Below are positions 25,470 to 39,751 of a stretch of DNA of 64,000 nucleotides, piece after piece. The DNA comes from Octopus sinensis (taxonomy: Eukaryota): assembly GCF_006345805.1 (NCBI RefSeq), contig NC_042997.1, positions 6,448,001 to 6,512,000 of the forward strand, written 5' to 3'. Each line of letters begins with the position of its first letter. Within the stretch, counting starts at the first letter, position 1. A program made the translations under genes and the position numbers. The notes beneath the pieces were generated by a model, which made no database searches, had not been told where the DNA came from, and was given only the letters and a program-made list of their open reading frames with translations.

Positions 25470-25525
25470 CTGTAAGGCGGTGCTCCACCATGGCCGTAGT
25501 CAATTGACTGAGACTAGTAAAAAAT
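25470..25525 (+). mobile_element. 3' fragment of SINE family B
   Basis: AAGGCGGTGCTCCACCATGGCCGTAGTCAATTGACTGAGACTAGTAAAA. Confidence 0.7.
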
Positions 25526-27027
25526 TTTAAAGAATATCATCATATTGATCATCGATTATAAGGACAAAGTATAAGATCGAATGCTGAAGACTGAAAATCT
25601 GAAATTTAATTCACCGAACATCCAAAATATGGAAAAACGGAACCATCTGTAACACCAATATACCCATGTGCATAAAATCAAAGCATTCAAATAATATTCT
25701 GATGATGGGGGATAATAAAACAGCATGGATCAGCTTTAAAGTGCAAGTTATTTCAAACTTTAATAGAAAATAGGTAATAGAGAAATGTTTTTTGTAGGGA
25801 TACGATATCGAATCAACAAACAAAGTGGCAAAGCTTTTATTTCATTGAATATTTCCGTCCTTTAAATTATTTTATTTTTTAACATTTCCCTTCGTTTCGT
25901 TCTAAAGAAACTTAAAAACACCAAACGATTTGAAGACTAGGGTTAAATAGAGCAATATCAGTCTCATAAGGTTTAGTTTTTTCCCCTCTTCTGCTTTTAC
26001 TATTTTTATACTGTAAATGACAATTCGGTCATTTGATTAATTGGTATGTTTATGATTGTATTGAAGTGAATAAAATATTCAGTATTGAGAGAAAGTAACA
26101 AACGCTGTGTATTTGTGTTTCTTATTCAATATCCCGAATCCAGAAAGAAGTAATTAACTGGACAATTAAATAAAAGTAAACACGCAAACACTTTCAGTTG
26201 TCAAAACTTGTATCTGTACAGACACTGACTTGTTACATAATCACATAAAATTTACAGTGAATAATTTCCCTCAAAGTGCCAAGCTCTACATCGCTAGATA
26301 CAGAGAAGTACAATCCAGAAAAGAAAGTTCTTTGTCGAAGGATTTTATAATGCTAGCATATCTTCCATATCCAACAACTTCCGTTAGAAATAGTATAACG
26401 ATTCACTAATTTCATTGTATGCCCATAGCGTACCAACAAAACATAACTTAATTAGAAGAATGAAAAATCAAGCAAACACAGTGCCTTAAATATCACTCAT
26501 AATGTTGTATATATCTAATTAGAAGCATTTCTTGCAATCAGATACGATGTGATGTCTTGCATTCTAAATCGAAATTGGTTTCCTGATGATTCGTATCTTT
26601 CCTAGAATCACAAAGATGCTTCAAATTCAAATTTAATTCTAAAGAACTTCAAACACGTTCAACTTGTTTCATTATTGAAAATTCTTCGCGGTTAAAGTTT
26701 TTAGCGACAGATTAAGTGCCGAAATATTTATATAAATAATTTCAGAGGCTAGTCGCGATTTAGAAACCAAGGGTCACTAAAGCGACAAACAGTGTACGTC
26801 GGCACCAACATTACTAGAATAAGAATTTAAAAAATCACATAGCCACGGGCAGCGCTCTTAACTACTAACTGACAAAGGAGAAACACCCCTACAGCAAGCG
26901 AAGTTGCCAGTTCATCGTGCTTCGGATTGAATTAATCCTCATCAGTGACACTTCGTTGCCTAGGGTTACATTGAATCCATATTCTCAGTTACACGTACGT
27001 GCGCATATATATATATATATATACATG

Positions 27028-27163
27028 GCCCTTTTACCAGCTGAGTGAACTGGAGCAACGTGGAATAATTGTTTAACCCAAAGGCACAACGAGTTGCCGG
27101 GAATTGAACTCACGACCTTACGATCGAGAGCGAAATGCCCCTAAGCACTAAGCCATGCGCCTT
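27028..27163 (-). mobile_element. 5' part of a tRNA-derived SINE related to family A
   Basis: CAGCTGAGTGAACTGGAGCAACGTG and GGAATTGAACTCACGACCTTACGATC...CACTAAGCCATGCGCC (reverse-complement tRNA-like head). Confidence 0.8.
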
Positions 27164-27164
27164 C

Positions 27165-27204
27165 ACACACACACACACACACACATATATATAATATATA
27201 TATA

Positions 27205-27262
<58 letters not shown>

Positions 27263-27307
27263 TATATAATATGAATGTATATGTGTGTATTATATGAATG
27301 TATATTG

Positions 27308-27343
<36 letters not shown>

Positions 27344-27376
27344 AATGTATATGTGTATATATGTATATATATATAC

Positions 27377-27412
<36 letters not shown>

Positions 27413-27454
27413 AATGTTATGTGCATATATGTATATATATATATCCTATATATC

Positions 27455-27500
<46 letters not shown>

Positions 27501-27680
27501 AATGTATATGTGTATATATGTATATATATATACTTATATATAATATATATAAATGTATATGTGTATATATGTTATATATATATACTATATATATATATAT
27601 ATATCAATGTATATGTGTATATATAAATATATATATATATAATAAATATATATATATATATGAATGTATATGTGTGTGCA
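27165..27680. repeat. (CA)n/(TA)n array with repeated ATAAATGTATATGTG subunits
   Basis: Read directly. Confidence 0.9.
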
Positions 27681-27890
27681 ACTCGTAAACACCAGTCGTC
27701 TTTTTTCTCTTTCCCTGTTGCCCGCTCTGGGATCTTTCTTTCCTCTCTCTTCCTTCTTTATGTTTCCGACGAAGAGCTCCGCTCGAAACGTCATACCTCC
27801 CTGCTTCCATTTCCTGAGCGCCTATTAATAATAATACTGTAATTGTTCCATTGTTGTTGTTTTTTTTGTTTCCCGTTTGGATTAAAATTA
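27680..27890 (+). mobile_element. Probable Penelope-like terminal fragment carrying a minimal hammerhead-like motif
   Basis: GTTT-CCGACGA-A-GAGC-TCC-GCTC-GAAACGTC-ATAC at 27762-27796, embedded in a TA array. Confidence 0.55.
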
Positions 27891-27939
27891 TAAATATATA
27901 TATATATATAAATGAATGTATATGTGTATGTATGTATAC

Positions 27940-27971
<32 letters not shown>

Positions 27972-27984
27972 ATGTTTATATAAT

Positions 27985-28870
27985 AACAGGCATACCAGAC
28001 GTTGCCCGAATTACATAGAATAATGAACTTTTTAAATGCCGTCTAGATTACGCAGGTCTTAATTGCTAGTAGTTGAGATACCATCTTTCTATATTATTAA
28101 CTGTCCAACCAATGGAAGTATGGAACATAGACGTTAAGTGAAATGTTGAAAGAAACTTTTCAACTAATATATCTACATAAAGCAAATACAAGTAGTTAAA
28201 AAAAACATGTTTTGTGTAACTTTCTTCGTAGCGACAATCAGATACAGATTATAAACAATGAAAGGCCGATTTGGAGGATTCCTTTGATAGAGATAGTTGA
28301 GAGCTAATGATAAATTTCGCCTTGGATCTTGAATGTTTGCATGAATCCTGGCTTACTTAAATCTGTTGTGGCTTCAAATGATGTCATCTGTAATGCAGTG
28401 TTATATTGTCGAGGTTCGTTTTGGAAGAGCTTGGAATCTTTGTCATTTGATGACAACAGTTGCTTCAATGGCTCTGGATGTTGGGTGATTGCAAGGAGTT
28501 TAACCTTTCCAATACTGTAGCATAGTGCAGGCCACTTCCTTGCTTTGCAATGTTAGTTTTCATTGCACCAATGGAAGCTCTAATGTCTTCTGCATAATGA
28601 ACTTGTGGATTATAATTGAAAGCTGCTACAGAGAAATTGTTTCACTGAGCTGTTGCAACTTATCTTCGTTTTGAAGTGGAGGTTATATTCCTTGTCAGTC
28701 GTGCATACCTCTGTTCTTCACTTTGAGATGCTCTGGCTTGTGTAATGCACAGTCTGTTCCATTATTGGTATGCTGCCATTTCCGCAGCTGTCTCTCTTTC
28801 CCCGGACAGAAACATTCATTTGGCTGGCGATGGCGTCGCAAACAAATTGAGTTATTTTCTTTGTAGGCAT
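27985..28870 (-). mobile_element. Decayed, internally deleted Helitron (Rep N-terminal region plus probable 3' end)
   Basis: Minus strand LCYSIGKVKL...PEPLKQLL...SKLFQNEPRQYNTALQMTSFEA...GFMQTFKIQGEIYH matches Helitron CC..GKV.L..PEPL..YN..FQMTSFGA..FKIQGQIYH. GGGCAACGTCTGGTAT near 27990-28007 resembles a Helitron 3' end. Confidence 0.85.
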
Positions 28871-29129
28871 GGTTATATATGTATACAGAATTACACGGGT
28901 GTAGAAGATTATAAAGTATTATGTGAATTGAAGCGAAATTTGTCATTTAGTAACCCAAAGAGCTAGAATCGAAGGAACCAGAAAAAGCCGTTAAGAACAG
29001 AAAATCACAAAACAATTACAAAAGTGTACGAATTTAAGTTAAATTTTTGAAGTTACGTCTATCAGTAAATTATGAACTAACTTTTATCAGTAATTCCCTC
29101 AACAACAAAAAACACAGAATGTTGCAAAA

Positions 29130-29660
29130 TTAAATAAGAAAGTGGTTCATTTGAGATTTCACCGCCATCTCAAATAACCTAATGATATGAGAGCTGAACG
29201 AGATCTGACGGTAGTTCACTGCAATGAACGTGCTTCCCTTTTTGAAAACCGGGACAACAGACTAGGAAAGAAAGTTTTTAGGAATATAGCCAGCATCTAG
29301 TTAGTTCCTCCACAGATTAGCAAGAGTAGATGCAAGTTAGTGTCGACAGACCCTCAGGACACACGCAGGGAACCTATCTGAGCCTACAGCTGAATTGTGT
29401 TTAATTTCGTTTATTGCCGCTAAGATATCAGGGGCACCAAAGGTTATGACCGATATAGTGTGTTGAGAGTTAACATCATTGATGACATCCTGATTAGAGA
29501 TATCACGTGTGCTGTAAAGAGAACAATACTCTTTCTGCAGTATCTCACTCATGGTTTTAGCATTACTTTGCAAGGTGCCATTTTCATCAACTACAGGGCC
29601 AACAGTGGAGACAGTGAGAGGAAAAGATAACACTTTGGGGTTGAGATTGACTTTCTCAGC
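29130..29660 (-). mobile_element. CR1/L2-type LINE ORF2 fragment (start of the RT domain)
   Basis: ORF 29337-29945: VGPVVDENG...MSEILQKEYCSLYS...DILAAINEIKHNSAVGSDRFP; after stops, VVPVFKKG...NYRQISFSSHIIRLFE. Confidence 0.85.
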
Positions 29661-29696
29661 GACCCAATTCTCCTCGGCACACATATAGACATGCAC

Positions 29697-29741
<45 letters not shown>

Positions 29742-29742
29742 A

Positions 29743-29826
<84 letters not shown>

Positions 29827-30138
29827 ATCCATACAGACACACATATATGTATACATATACACAAGTGATTATTATTAATAAAAGAAGCAATTCCGCTGTG
29901 AGAAATATATAATTTGAAATTGAATTGTGTAAAGAGCAGGTTCAATACGCCTTAATTTCATGAGGGCATAAGTATACATATGCATTTGATTAATATCAAA
30001 CAATCATATTGTATTTTTCTGTATATATCACTGATAAGATATTCTCCATTTAATAAGTTACCATGTATGTGAATATCTGCTTCAGAAATTATTTCACATG
30101 TCATGACAAAGTATGCATGTATGTATGTATATGTATCT

Positions 30139-30219
<81 letters not shown>

Positions 30220-30229
30220 TGTATGTATA

Positions 30230-30289
<60 letters not shown>

Positions 30290-30615
30290 ATGTATATGTA
30301 TGCATGTGTGTGAACCTATAAATATTTCTATATATCTGCATATATGTGTGTGTGTATCCGTGTGTGTATGCTTATGAGTGTGTTTGGTTATTTTTGTACG
30401 TGTACTCTCGATATCCCCATGCAATCTTATTTCTTGCCACTCCACATATATCTAAGGAATTATTTTAGCCATGAATCTTGTCATTTGGCACTAAAGTATA
30501 TTTTCACATAATCTCGTTACAATGTACAATCCTGACCTAAGAGGATTATCGTGAATGAATTATTTGAAAAAAATATATATTTATGCATATATGTAAACAT
30601 ATATATATATATATA

Positions 30616-30635
30616 TTCGACATGTATTCTAGGTG

Positions 30636-30680
<45 letters not shown>

Positions 30681-30770
30681 GACATGTATTTCTAGGTGTA
30701 TGTATATATATATATATATATATATATACTATATATATATATATATTCGACATGTATTTCTAGGTGTATG
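30616..30770 (+). repeat. Three copies of TTCGACATGTATT(T)CTAGGTGTATG separated by (TA)n
   Basis: Units start at 30616, 30678 and 30746. Confidence 0.95.
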
Positions 30771-30782
30771 GAAATATATATA

Positions 30783-30841
<59 letters not shown>

Positions 30842-30864
30842 AAATGTATATATGTATATATATA

Positions 30865-31429
30865 TATTGGGTTGTCCGGAATGTTCGTGCCGACTTTTAA
30901 GGAAAGAAAAACGTCAATAATACATGCCAATACATTTTTAATCAACCAAATATGAACCTTTTTGTTGCAGAATGCATCTCCATCTTTCTTTTAACTTGAT
31001 AATACACTCTTCACAGAAATGAGACGGTTTCATGGCAAAACATTCAGGAAGTTATATTTTTACATCATCCAAGGAATTGAAATTTTTAACATTAATATTA
31101 TTTTGCAGAGACCTTGAATAAATGGAAATTCGAAGGAGCAATATCTGGTGAATTGGAAGGTGAGGTAACACATCCCAGCCGAGCTGCAGCAATTGTTGTG
31201 TGGTTCCCAAAGCATCAAGTGCCAAAAATGAACTTTCTTATCGTCCATTTTAGAGGGTTACAGAATTAACCCAGGTTGTAGGAACATAAACCATCCACGA
31301 AAAAATAGCTTAAACTTTGCTCTTAATGGATGTGCAGCCAAATCCTATTTCAAGGATTCAACCACGTTTTAAAGTAAGTCGAAATGTAAGCTAGTATAAA
31401 TCGGCACGAACTTTCCGGACAACCCAATA
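30865..31429 (-). mobile_element. Internally deleted mariner with both TIRs and TA duplications
   Basis: Left TA-TTGGGTTGTCCGGAATGTTCGTGCCGA; right TCGGCACGAACTTTCCGGACAACCCAA-TA. Inside, WDVLPH...RSLQN..FNSLDDVK..KLKERW matches the mariner C-terminus. Confidence 0.92.
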
Positions 31430-31439
31430 TTTATATATA

Positions 31440-31488
<49 letters not shown>

Positions 31489-34400
31489 ACAATATCAATT
31501 ATATAATGTTGAAAAATTTTGGTGAAATGAATGAATTCTTTCCGAAAGGAATAGATTCTATATTTCCGGCCCAAATATTATTTAGCCAACTTTAGAGTAG
31601 CTGTTCAGGAAAGAATGGATAGATGTAGTGATAAATGCGGTAACTGAATAGAACAAAAAAATTTGTTTGCTCAGGCGATGAACCCAAGTAAATATTTTGA
31701 ATATGTACGATAGCCGACAACAGCATCCGAACGGCCAAACACAGAGAAATATATGTAGAAAGCTGAGAGAGAGAGAGTGAGAGCTAGAGAGAAAGAGAAA
31801 GAGCCGGTGTGATAGAGAAGGGGAGAGAGTATAGTGTATATATATATAATTTACATATTGGAATTTGTTATTCAGCTACACTTTACAACCTAAGTTCCAG
31901 ATCGGCTGTGTGACAACTAAATCTGTAGACGAGCTCAATATAGAGCATTTTTAGCTCTGCTGACCCCCCCCCCAAAAAAAAAAAAATGATTACATTTATT
32001 TAATTAGCATTATTGCATAAATACACAAAAGCGAATGGACAGGATAAATGTCAGTAGTTTTCTATAATTTTAATGAAAATCTAATGCTCTGCAATACTTA
32101 TTCCGATTTGCTTGTTGAAAAATGAGAGCTGTTTTAAATAATTCACACACCAGTTAGTAGGATTTTAGCAATAACAATAACCCAGAATAATAATGAAATG
32201 GCAATTACCAAAACTTTTAGGAAACTACCTGTAGTGAAACAAATGTACTTGTGCAGGAATATTTGATGATAGTATCTGCGAATCTACAATTGCCATCAAT
32301 CACAGGAAAATACGTCCTTCAACAGAAATATTTTGTATTACATTAATTCGATTTAATATCAAATTTCTTTTTACTAATCTATTTGTACAACTATCTCTGA
32401 TTTTACAGACAGCATTACACACAAACTAGAAACGACAAATATATTTTTACATCCCTTCATCACGTACACCTCATATAAATCGACGCTATGCGTAAGACAA
32501 CTAAATATCGAATGCAAGGTTAAATTTGGATATATAAAGGAAATTGTCTTCAGGAAATTTGAAAAAGGAAGCGATAACAATTTGAGATATTTTTTTTTCA
32601 GAAGATAATATTCAATGTTTACTCAAATTTCTATTCCCAATTTTCTGAGATCGTCATTTATCAAATTCAAAGTAAAATTTATAATAGTTTATAATTTGAT
32701 TTCAACAAATATTATTGAAATATTAGGAAATTGATGTATATAATCGTAATTAATAAATATGAGTTGTAGGAAAATGAAATATGATGAGGATATTAACATG
32801 ATATACTTGCGAATATAGTATGATATTATATTTGTCGACTATTATATATTGTGATATTTCCAATAACAATATAATATTTTCATTATTGAATGTATGATAT
32901 ACTTATTAATATTCGCAATTCCTAGACATATGAAATTAGGAAAAGGATATTGTTCTGCTTGTATCAGCATGGGTAACAACAGAAATACCATAAATCTCAA
33001 TTCTTATTCGAATTAATATATGACGAAAGACAAGGTTGCAGGCTGATAACACGAGGCAAATTGTCACGCCACTCTTGGAAGTATTTAAATTTGTCTCCAC
33101 CTTTAATATTAACATTTGATCTTACAAATATGAAACATTTATTCGTAGTTAAGGAAACGCTGCCATTCATTAATTTTGGAACAATTAAGCATAGAAATAA
33201 ATAAAGACGATGGTAAATTTGAAATGATAATTAAGATAACAATCGGCATTGAACGTAAAAATAAATTTCGTCACTTTGCGAAGAATATGCTCATCACAAA
33301 AGGCCCTCACGAAGTTTTAGATTGGAGGATTTATCCAAAAGAAGATGCTTGGAAATATATAAGAAAAACAGCAGTCCGAAATGCAGCGAAAACGCAAACA
33401 TGATTCTGTACAATAAAAAGAGAGAAAGAATTGATGGATTTAGTAAATTAATAATTCTATATAGTTTAATTTCATTTTTCTTTAACACATTATTATACAA
33501 GCCGCTTAAAGGAAAGACATTCGGAAAGTAGAATTTTGTCTTAATATTCTCAGTGTTGTCTCCCTTGATATAATCTGTTTCAGTTTGTACTATGAACATT
33601 TCCTGAGCATCCCCAGGACACATAAGCCTGTTCTAATTAGTATGAGTACCATATATTTCTTAAACACTATTGAAGAACCTGTCGGCATTCTCGTATGGTA
33701 GCTGGTGACAAACAGACCGACGACAAATTGACTGAAGGATGTTACAAGCTTACCGATAATGAAACAATAAAAGTCTTCGACTTCCAAGACAGTTTTTGTT
33801 CTGTCTTCTACAGTTTGTGAAATAAACGCAAACTACTTAATTTCACTTTGTGATGTTGTTAGCCATAAGTAAATTGTGAAGCACTTTACCAGTAATTAAG
33901 AACATTTAATCTGAAGATATACTGTCTTACTGCCTCTGTATTATGAAATGGACAATGGCTGCTCGAAAATATATTTCTTGATATTGAAATGTGTATATGC
34001 TTTTGAATTTATTTATAAAATGTTGTCTTCAGACGCATGTCTGTTCGTGTATATGTGTCTAGGCAATGTCTGTGAATATATTTGTTTCGACGTGTGTATG
34101 AGCACAAATGAAATGTCCTATAAGATAAGGGATTGCGTATTTTCTCGGGCAAATTAATTAATTACTTGCCTGCCAAACGTTACAGTGAACGAGTTTTCAA
34201 CTTTCTCCTTTGTGACGATAAAGGCGCTCTGCCATCTCTGGCAATGGAACAAATTAGCCGAGATTTACGCCCCATAAACCTGAGTTAACGCTTCATTGCA
34301 TCCGCTATTATGTGAGCCTGACCTTCACATCAGTGGTCACATACAGGCCGAGAAAGTTGTGGCCTGCAATCAACTCTCTCCAATTATGATCACTTATCTT

Positions 34401-34743
34401 CTGACCTCATATTCAAGTTTTCTAACATAGCAGGAAAAAAGTCAAATACAACTAATAAAATAGTTAATGCCAGGCTTGATAACAGATGCAACGTGTTTCT
34501 ACCGATAAAGTAGTTTATTGCTTTCTGTCATGTTTTATTACACTTTTATATTTTGATATTAATATTTTATGTTACTGTCGATAATTTAAAAAAATTTAAA
34601 TATTTTCTACGTAATTTATTTTAAATTTCTATTTTATTAATTTTTGTGCGTTGTTTCATTCTATTTTCTTAGCGAGCAGCATTTTTTAAATATATTTTTA
34701 CTTTATTTTTTTCTCAAAATCATATTTATAATGCATTTGTTAT

Positions 34744-34791
<48 letters not shown>

Positions 34792-36639
34792 CTCTCCCTT
34801 TGAACTCTAATTATTTCTCACTCTCAATATTCTTCAACATACAGTTTCACAGTTATCATTTCAAATACTTTCACTACATTTAGAGCTGCACTTTCGCATT
34901 CTATCACCCATGCAGATTCAGTCAACACCCATCCAACGTTTCTTATCTCTTACGCTACCATATTGTTACATTCACTGAGCTTCTCTTTCGCTGTCTCTCA
35001 TTTTCTCAACCATTTCTAACCATTGATTATTATAACATTGTTTACATTTTTTCTTCACTAAGTTCTATTTCCGATAGTGATCTTCTTTCTAATCAGCAAT
35101 GGACGCTCAATGGAAGCTATGATTACAGTAACGAAAACATATATGTTGAAGCACGTACGCGTACAAGCACATGCTCACACACACACACATATGAAAAATC
35201 TCAAATATGTTGTACATAAAACGCAGGCTTGCATCTACATCTACATACTTGAAAATTACATATACAGACACTTCTAAAGGATTACAAAAACAGAAAACAA
35301 ACAAAGACATTAGACACTTCAGGCATCAATAAATAGTTTGGAAAATTGCATTGTTGGAAGTGAAGTCAGATCAATTTATTTGAGGCCAGATTCAATAGAG
35401 ATATTTGTTTTATAGTAATTAGCAATCTCTTTCTATGTAGCTATATAAACGTAAAGGAAAAAGAAAATATACAAAATATTTTTAAAAACAAATTCGAAGC
35501 CGCTCACATAGAATTTAAAATATGAACAGTACACTATGGCAAAATAGATTGTTTTTCTTTAAATTTAGCATGAATTTTAAAAACAATCTATAGAATTTTA
35601 AATATTCTTTTATATGTAAAAACCAGAAAATGCCGTTTTCAAGGAGGTTATTGATATGTAAACCCAAACGCATACATACAAATATATTATGCATTTCACA
35701 CAAAACACACACAGACACACACACTTACAGATACACACACATTTATAAAATTTACAGTCTTTTTCCATTAGACACAGAAGTCTGGTTCATCATAATGACT
35801 TCACGTGGATTCGTGTTTTAGTCTTTGAAGTCGTGCTTCAAAATACAATAGCAAACTCGAACTCATGTAGAGAGTTCTTTCACGTGATGCATCCAGGGCG
35901 GTCACGTTTCTGGTATTTCTTGTAGAAATTTCGGTAGGTACCGTTTGAATGATATAGTTTTGCCTTAATTAACTTCCGCACGATAGTGAATTAGGCAGTA
36001 TCGCTTGAGATTTAAAATAATGCATCACAGTTTTGTTGAGAAATGTGCTTACCATATTTGTAAGAGGGCTATGGGTCAGATGGCAAATCATGTGTAACAT
36101 ATACACTTGATACAGACATCTTTCAGACCATGGTGGATTTTTTTTAGCGACAATGAATTTTACACTTTTTCAGGGTCGTGCCAATATTCAAGAATTATCA
36201 TGCTATTTATATGTACTTGCTTATTGTTTCAATTATCATAACATGTTAATTAGTGCAGAAAGACGAAAATTGTTTTTTTTCAAGAAACTTACCAGCATTC
36301 AATGCAATGAGTAAACAAAACAAAAAATTAAAAAAGTAAATGGAAGAAGGATGGTATGATGATCTTTAGAGTAGAAAAGCTACGGATCGATGCACGCAAG
36401 AGAGTTATGCGAACCATAACAACACATTTGTTGATATGTTCTCTGGAGCTTAGGCCGTTGTCCGCAATTTCAATTAAGTCCAATAATATTTGATGCTACG
36501 AAGACCACATCCAAAAGGGAAGTATATAGCTGTTTAACTATAATCACTTTGACAGAGAGGAGCTCCAACTTCTCTTTCTATAGGCCGTCGTAATATTTTA
36601 TACGCATACATGTGTATTTGTGTGCATTATTTTATTCTT

Positions 36640-37030
36640 TTATTTTCCATTTTTTTCAGTCAGCTGACTGCGGCTGTATTGGAGCAATATATGAATGGGT
36701 TTTAGTGCAATAAAACTACCCCAGAATCTATTTTTGCGAGCCAAGTACTTATTCTATTGTTCAACTTTGCCGAACCACTAGGTAATTGGGACATAAACAC
36801 ACGGTTGTCAAGCGATGGGTGTGGGACAAACGCAGACACAAACACACAAATATATACCTACATACATCTATACACAACGGGCTTCTTTTCGCTTCCATCT
36901 ACCAAATCCACTAACAAGGCTTTGATCGGCGCGAGGCTACAACAAAAGACTTCTGCGCAAGGTGTCACGCGGCGGGAAAGAGCATGGAACAATGTGGTAG
37001 GGAAATATGCTTCGAAGTCACGCCTGTGCC
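36640..37030 (-). mobile_element. tRNA-derived SINE (family B), diverged
   Basis: Reverse complement of the GACTGCGGC..GGAGCA tail, TTTGCCGAACC.CTA, CTACCAAATCCAC..ACAAGGCTTTG and GCGCAAGGTGTCACGC blocks. Confidence 0.8.
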
Positions 37031-37076
<46 letters not shown>

Positions 37077-38684
37077 ATTTCGTTTATATTTCAGTGGCCA
37101 GAATATAAAAAAACGACTTCTTCAGCTGAAATTATATATATAATTATAATTAAGGGTATACAAAAAATTTTTGGAGCATATATGCTGAAGTAAAGGCTAA
37201 ATCTTCTCACCACTTAAGAAGTGACAAATTAGACAACTGTTGAAATTCAGAAATTAACTAATCCATTGTTTATGTATGTTATTAATTTTCATAAGATTGC
37301 TGCTTCAATTTCAACACGCGTGTACATTGTGACTTCTTAAGTGGTTAGACAATTTAGCGTCTAGTTCAGCATATAGGCTAGAAAATTTCTTTCCCTACGC
37401 TTCATTATAATTATATATATAATTTTACCTTAATTGGTTTCTTTTTGTATGCTGACCACCGATAAAAATAAAATGTAAAAAAAAAACTATTATCTGTCAT
37501 TGTAATTGAAACATTTCTGTTCACTTCGGGGCAGTATAGCCGCCTATGTGCCACTGCGACCGAATACACATGTTGGTGAGAAAAGATGTGAAATTTGTTG
37601 TCGTAGGTATCTGGGGTACTAATATGTATTTATGGCTTTTCGTTTTGTATTAAAGATACTTAAACCAGTAATTCGAAACGATCGTAAATGCTACCCTCAT
37701 TTCTGCTTCTCCCTTCTTTGTTACCTATTTAATTAAAGACCTATTTAATACTGTGGAAGATGTCCTTTAATATGAATTCTTTAATAGGAATCTCACTTGA
37801 ATTAGACCCTAAAATGCTGCATAATTCTTCCAAAGTCATATATGTACGGAATTCATTTTACCCTAATGAATTTAACCACCTAAAAATAGAATATATGAGG
37901 GTAATAAATCCAATGCTTGTGAAATTATTGTCACCCCATTTTTTTTCCCATTTACGAAGAAATTTTAAGCATTTTATATTTTTAGCAATTTGCTTAGGTT
38001 TGTTAAGGAATTTTTTTTTTCCAAACGGACAGTAATAGTGTCCCGATTCCCTTTGGAATTAGGCATTTCTATAAAATTCAGCATATAAATATTTCACCCT
38101 CATAAACTTTCGAACATATTTCAATCACGATTTGTGGGGCGATTGCCTCCTATATTAAACATTCTTTGGGCTTTGAAAAATGTTCCACTGCCCTTCACTG
38201 TGACATTTAATTCGGCACGTTAAATGGTTCCCAATATTGACATGACTGGCGGTAACACTAAATCATGACATTCTTCCACAACATTTATCATCGGTTCTTC
38301 CTTTGAATGTTCTTAATGCTTCCTTCGACATACCGAAACTGACGCAAAATAGATTCTTAGATGTGAAAAAATTGTTAAATATTTATAATGATAAAAAAAA
38401 ATATAACCTTGTTACACACACACACAAACACGCATACACGTATACACATAGAAGCGCACATATACACACGCACACCGACACGCGCATACAAAAGAGCACA
38501 TACACAACTCACATACATAAATACACGCATAAATACGGCTTTTTCAATTGCATGAATAAAAATTCGGAGGGGTGCGCGATAAACTACCTGCATGAACTTG
38601 CTATAAAACCAGGTAGTAAATTACTCTCAGTGGAAGGTTTGAAGAGTACAGTTCAATTTTAACAGTTATGTCTTCAAAGCTATA

Positions 38685-39175
38685 TTGCAAGTGACAAAGG
38701 AGCATATTCGGTATGTTTTCCTTTATGAGTTCAATAAAAACAACGAACAAATATAGAGGGGAATATTAATGCAGTATAGGGGGATAAGATAATAAGTGTA
38801 ATCCAGTGTCAACGGTGGTTATAGTTAATTCGAATCGGAAACTGCAGCCTAGAAGACGAGCCCCGATTTAGAACGTCTGTAGAGATCGACAAGGACGTCC
38901 AGCAAACTCTGGTAGAACAAAATCTCATCGTAACTGTTGAGGAACTAGCAGAGAAGCTTGGATGTGGTCGCTCACTCATCCATCTATCGCCTGTTGCGTG
39001 ATATCGGGAAAGTCATCAAGTTGCGTCAATGCGTTCCTCACAAACTTTCTGAGTCTAATCGTAAGCAGAGAGTGAATGTGTAGTCTTCTTCGCAGTCATA
39101 TTTCACGAATGAACCCTTCTTTGAACTGAATAGTGACTGGTTAGGAGAAATATGCTCTCTGTAAAAAGCGCTGAA
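38685..39175 (+). mobile_element. Mariner transposase 5' half (HTH domains to first catalytic Asp region), decayed
   Basis: VTKEHIRYVFLYEFNK, CQRW, SLEDEPR, VEQN..TVEELAEKLG, IGKVIKLRQCVPHKL (WVPH motif), IVTG*EK. Confidence 0.85.
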
Positions 39176-39199
39176 GAGAGTTACTTGTCATGGTATGTG

Positions 39200-39269
<70 letters not shown>

Positions 39270-39751
39270 GTGATATGTCAGTTGGTATGAAGGGTGATTA
39301 TATATATTTCCCCACTTCTCATGCTTACGAACACGGTCGTTTCAGTGCATAATACAATAGAATTGTGTACTTACAAATCAACACCTATAAAGAGAACTAG
39401 CTCACCAATAATTGAAATCTACGTTGGCGCCGCACATTTTTCTTTACCCATATATCACACAACACACCACAACACACACACACAAACGTGTACAAACACG
39501 CACACACACAAGACAGAGAAGAGAGGGAGAGAGGGATAGCGGTCAGCTCTTTTTGGCACATAAAAACGTTTAACGTTTCAGACATTCATTTATCACATTA
39601 TCGATAGTATTCTAGTATGGGCCATTAGATTTCTCTTTAGCTCCAATTATGCTTACAATTCTTAATCACCTTTTGCGCGAAAGTTGGTCAAGAATGGCAT
39701 GTCTCTGTTTCTCTGCATTTATTTAGATTTAATTTTTATATCAACTATAGA

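Noticed and set aside
30616-30770. CRISPR array
   Set aside because: Spacers are plain (TA)n, there are no cas genes, and the context is eukaryotic.
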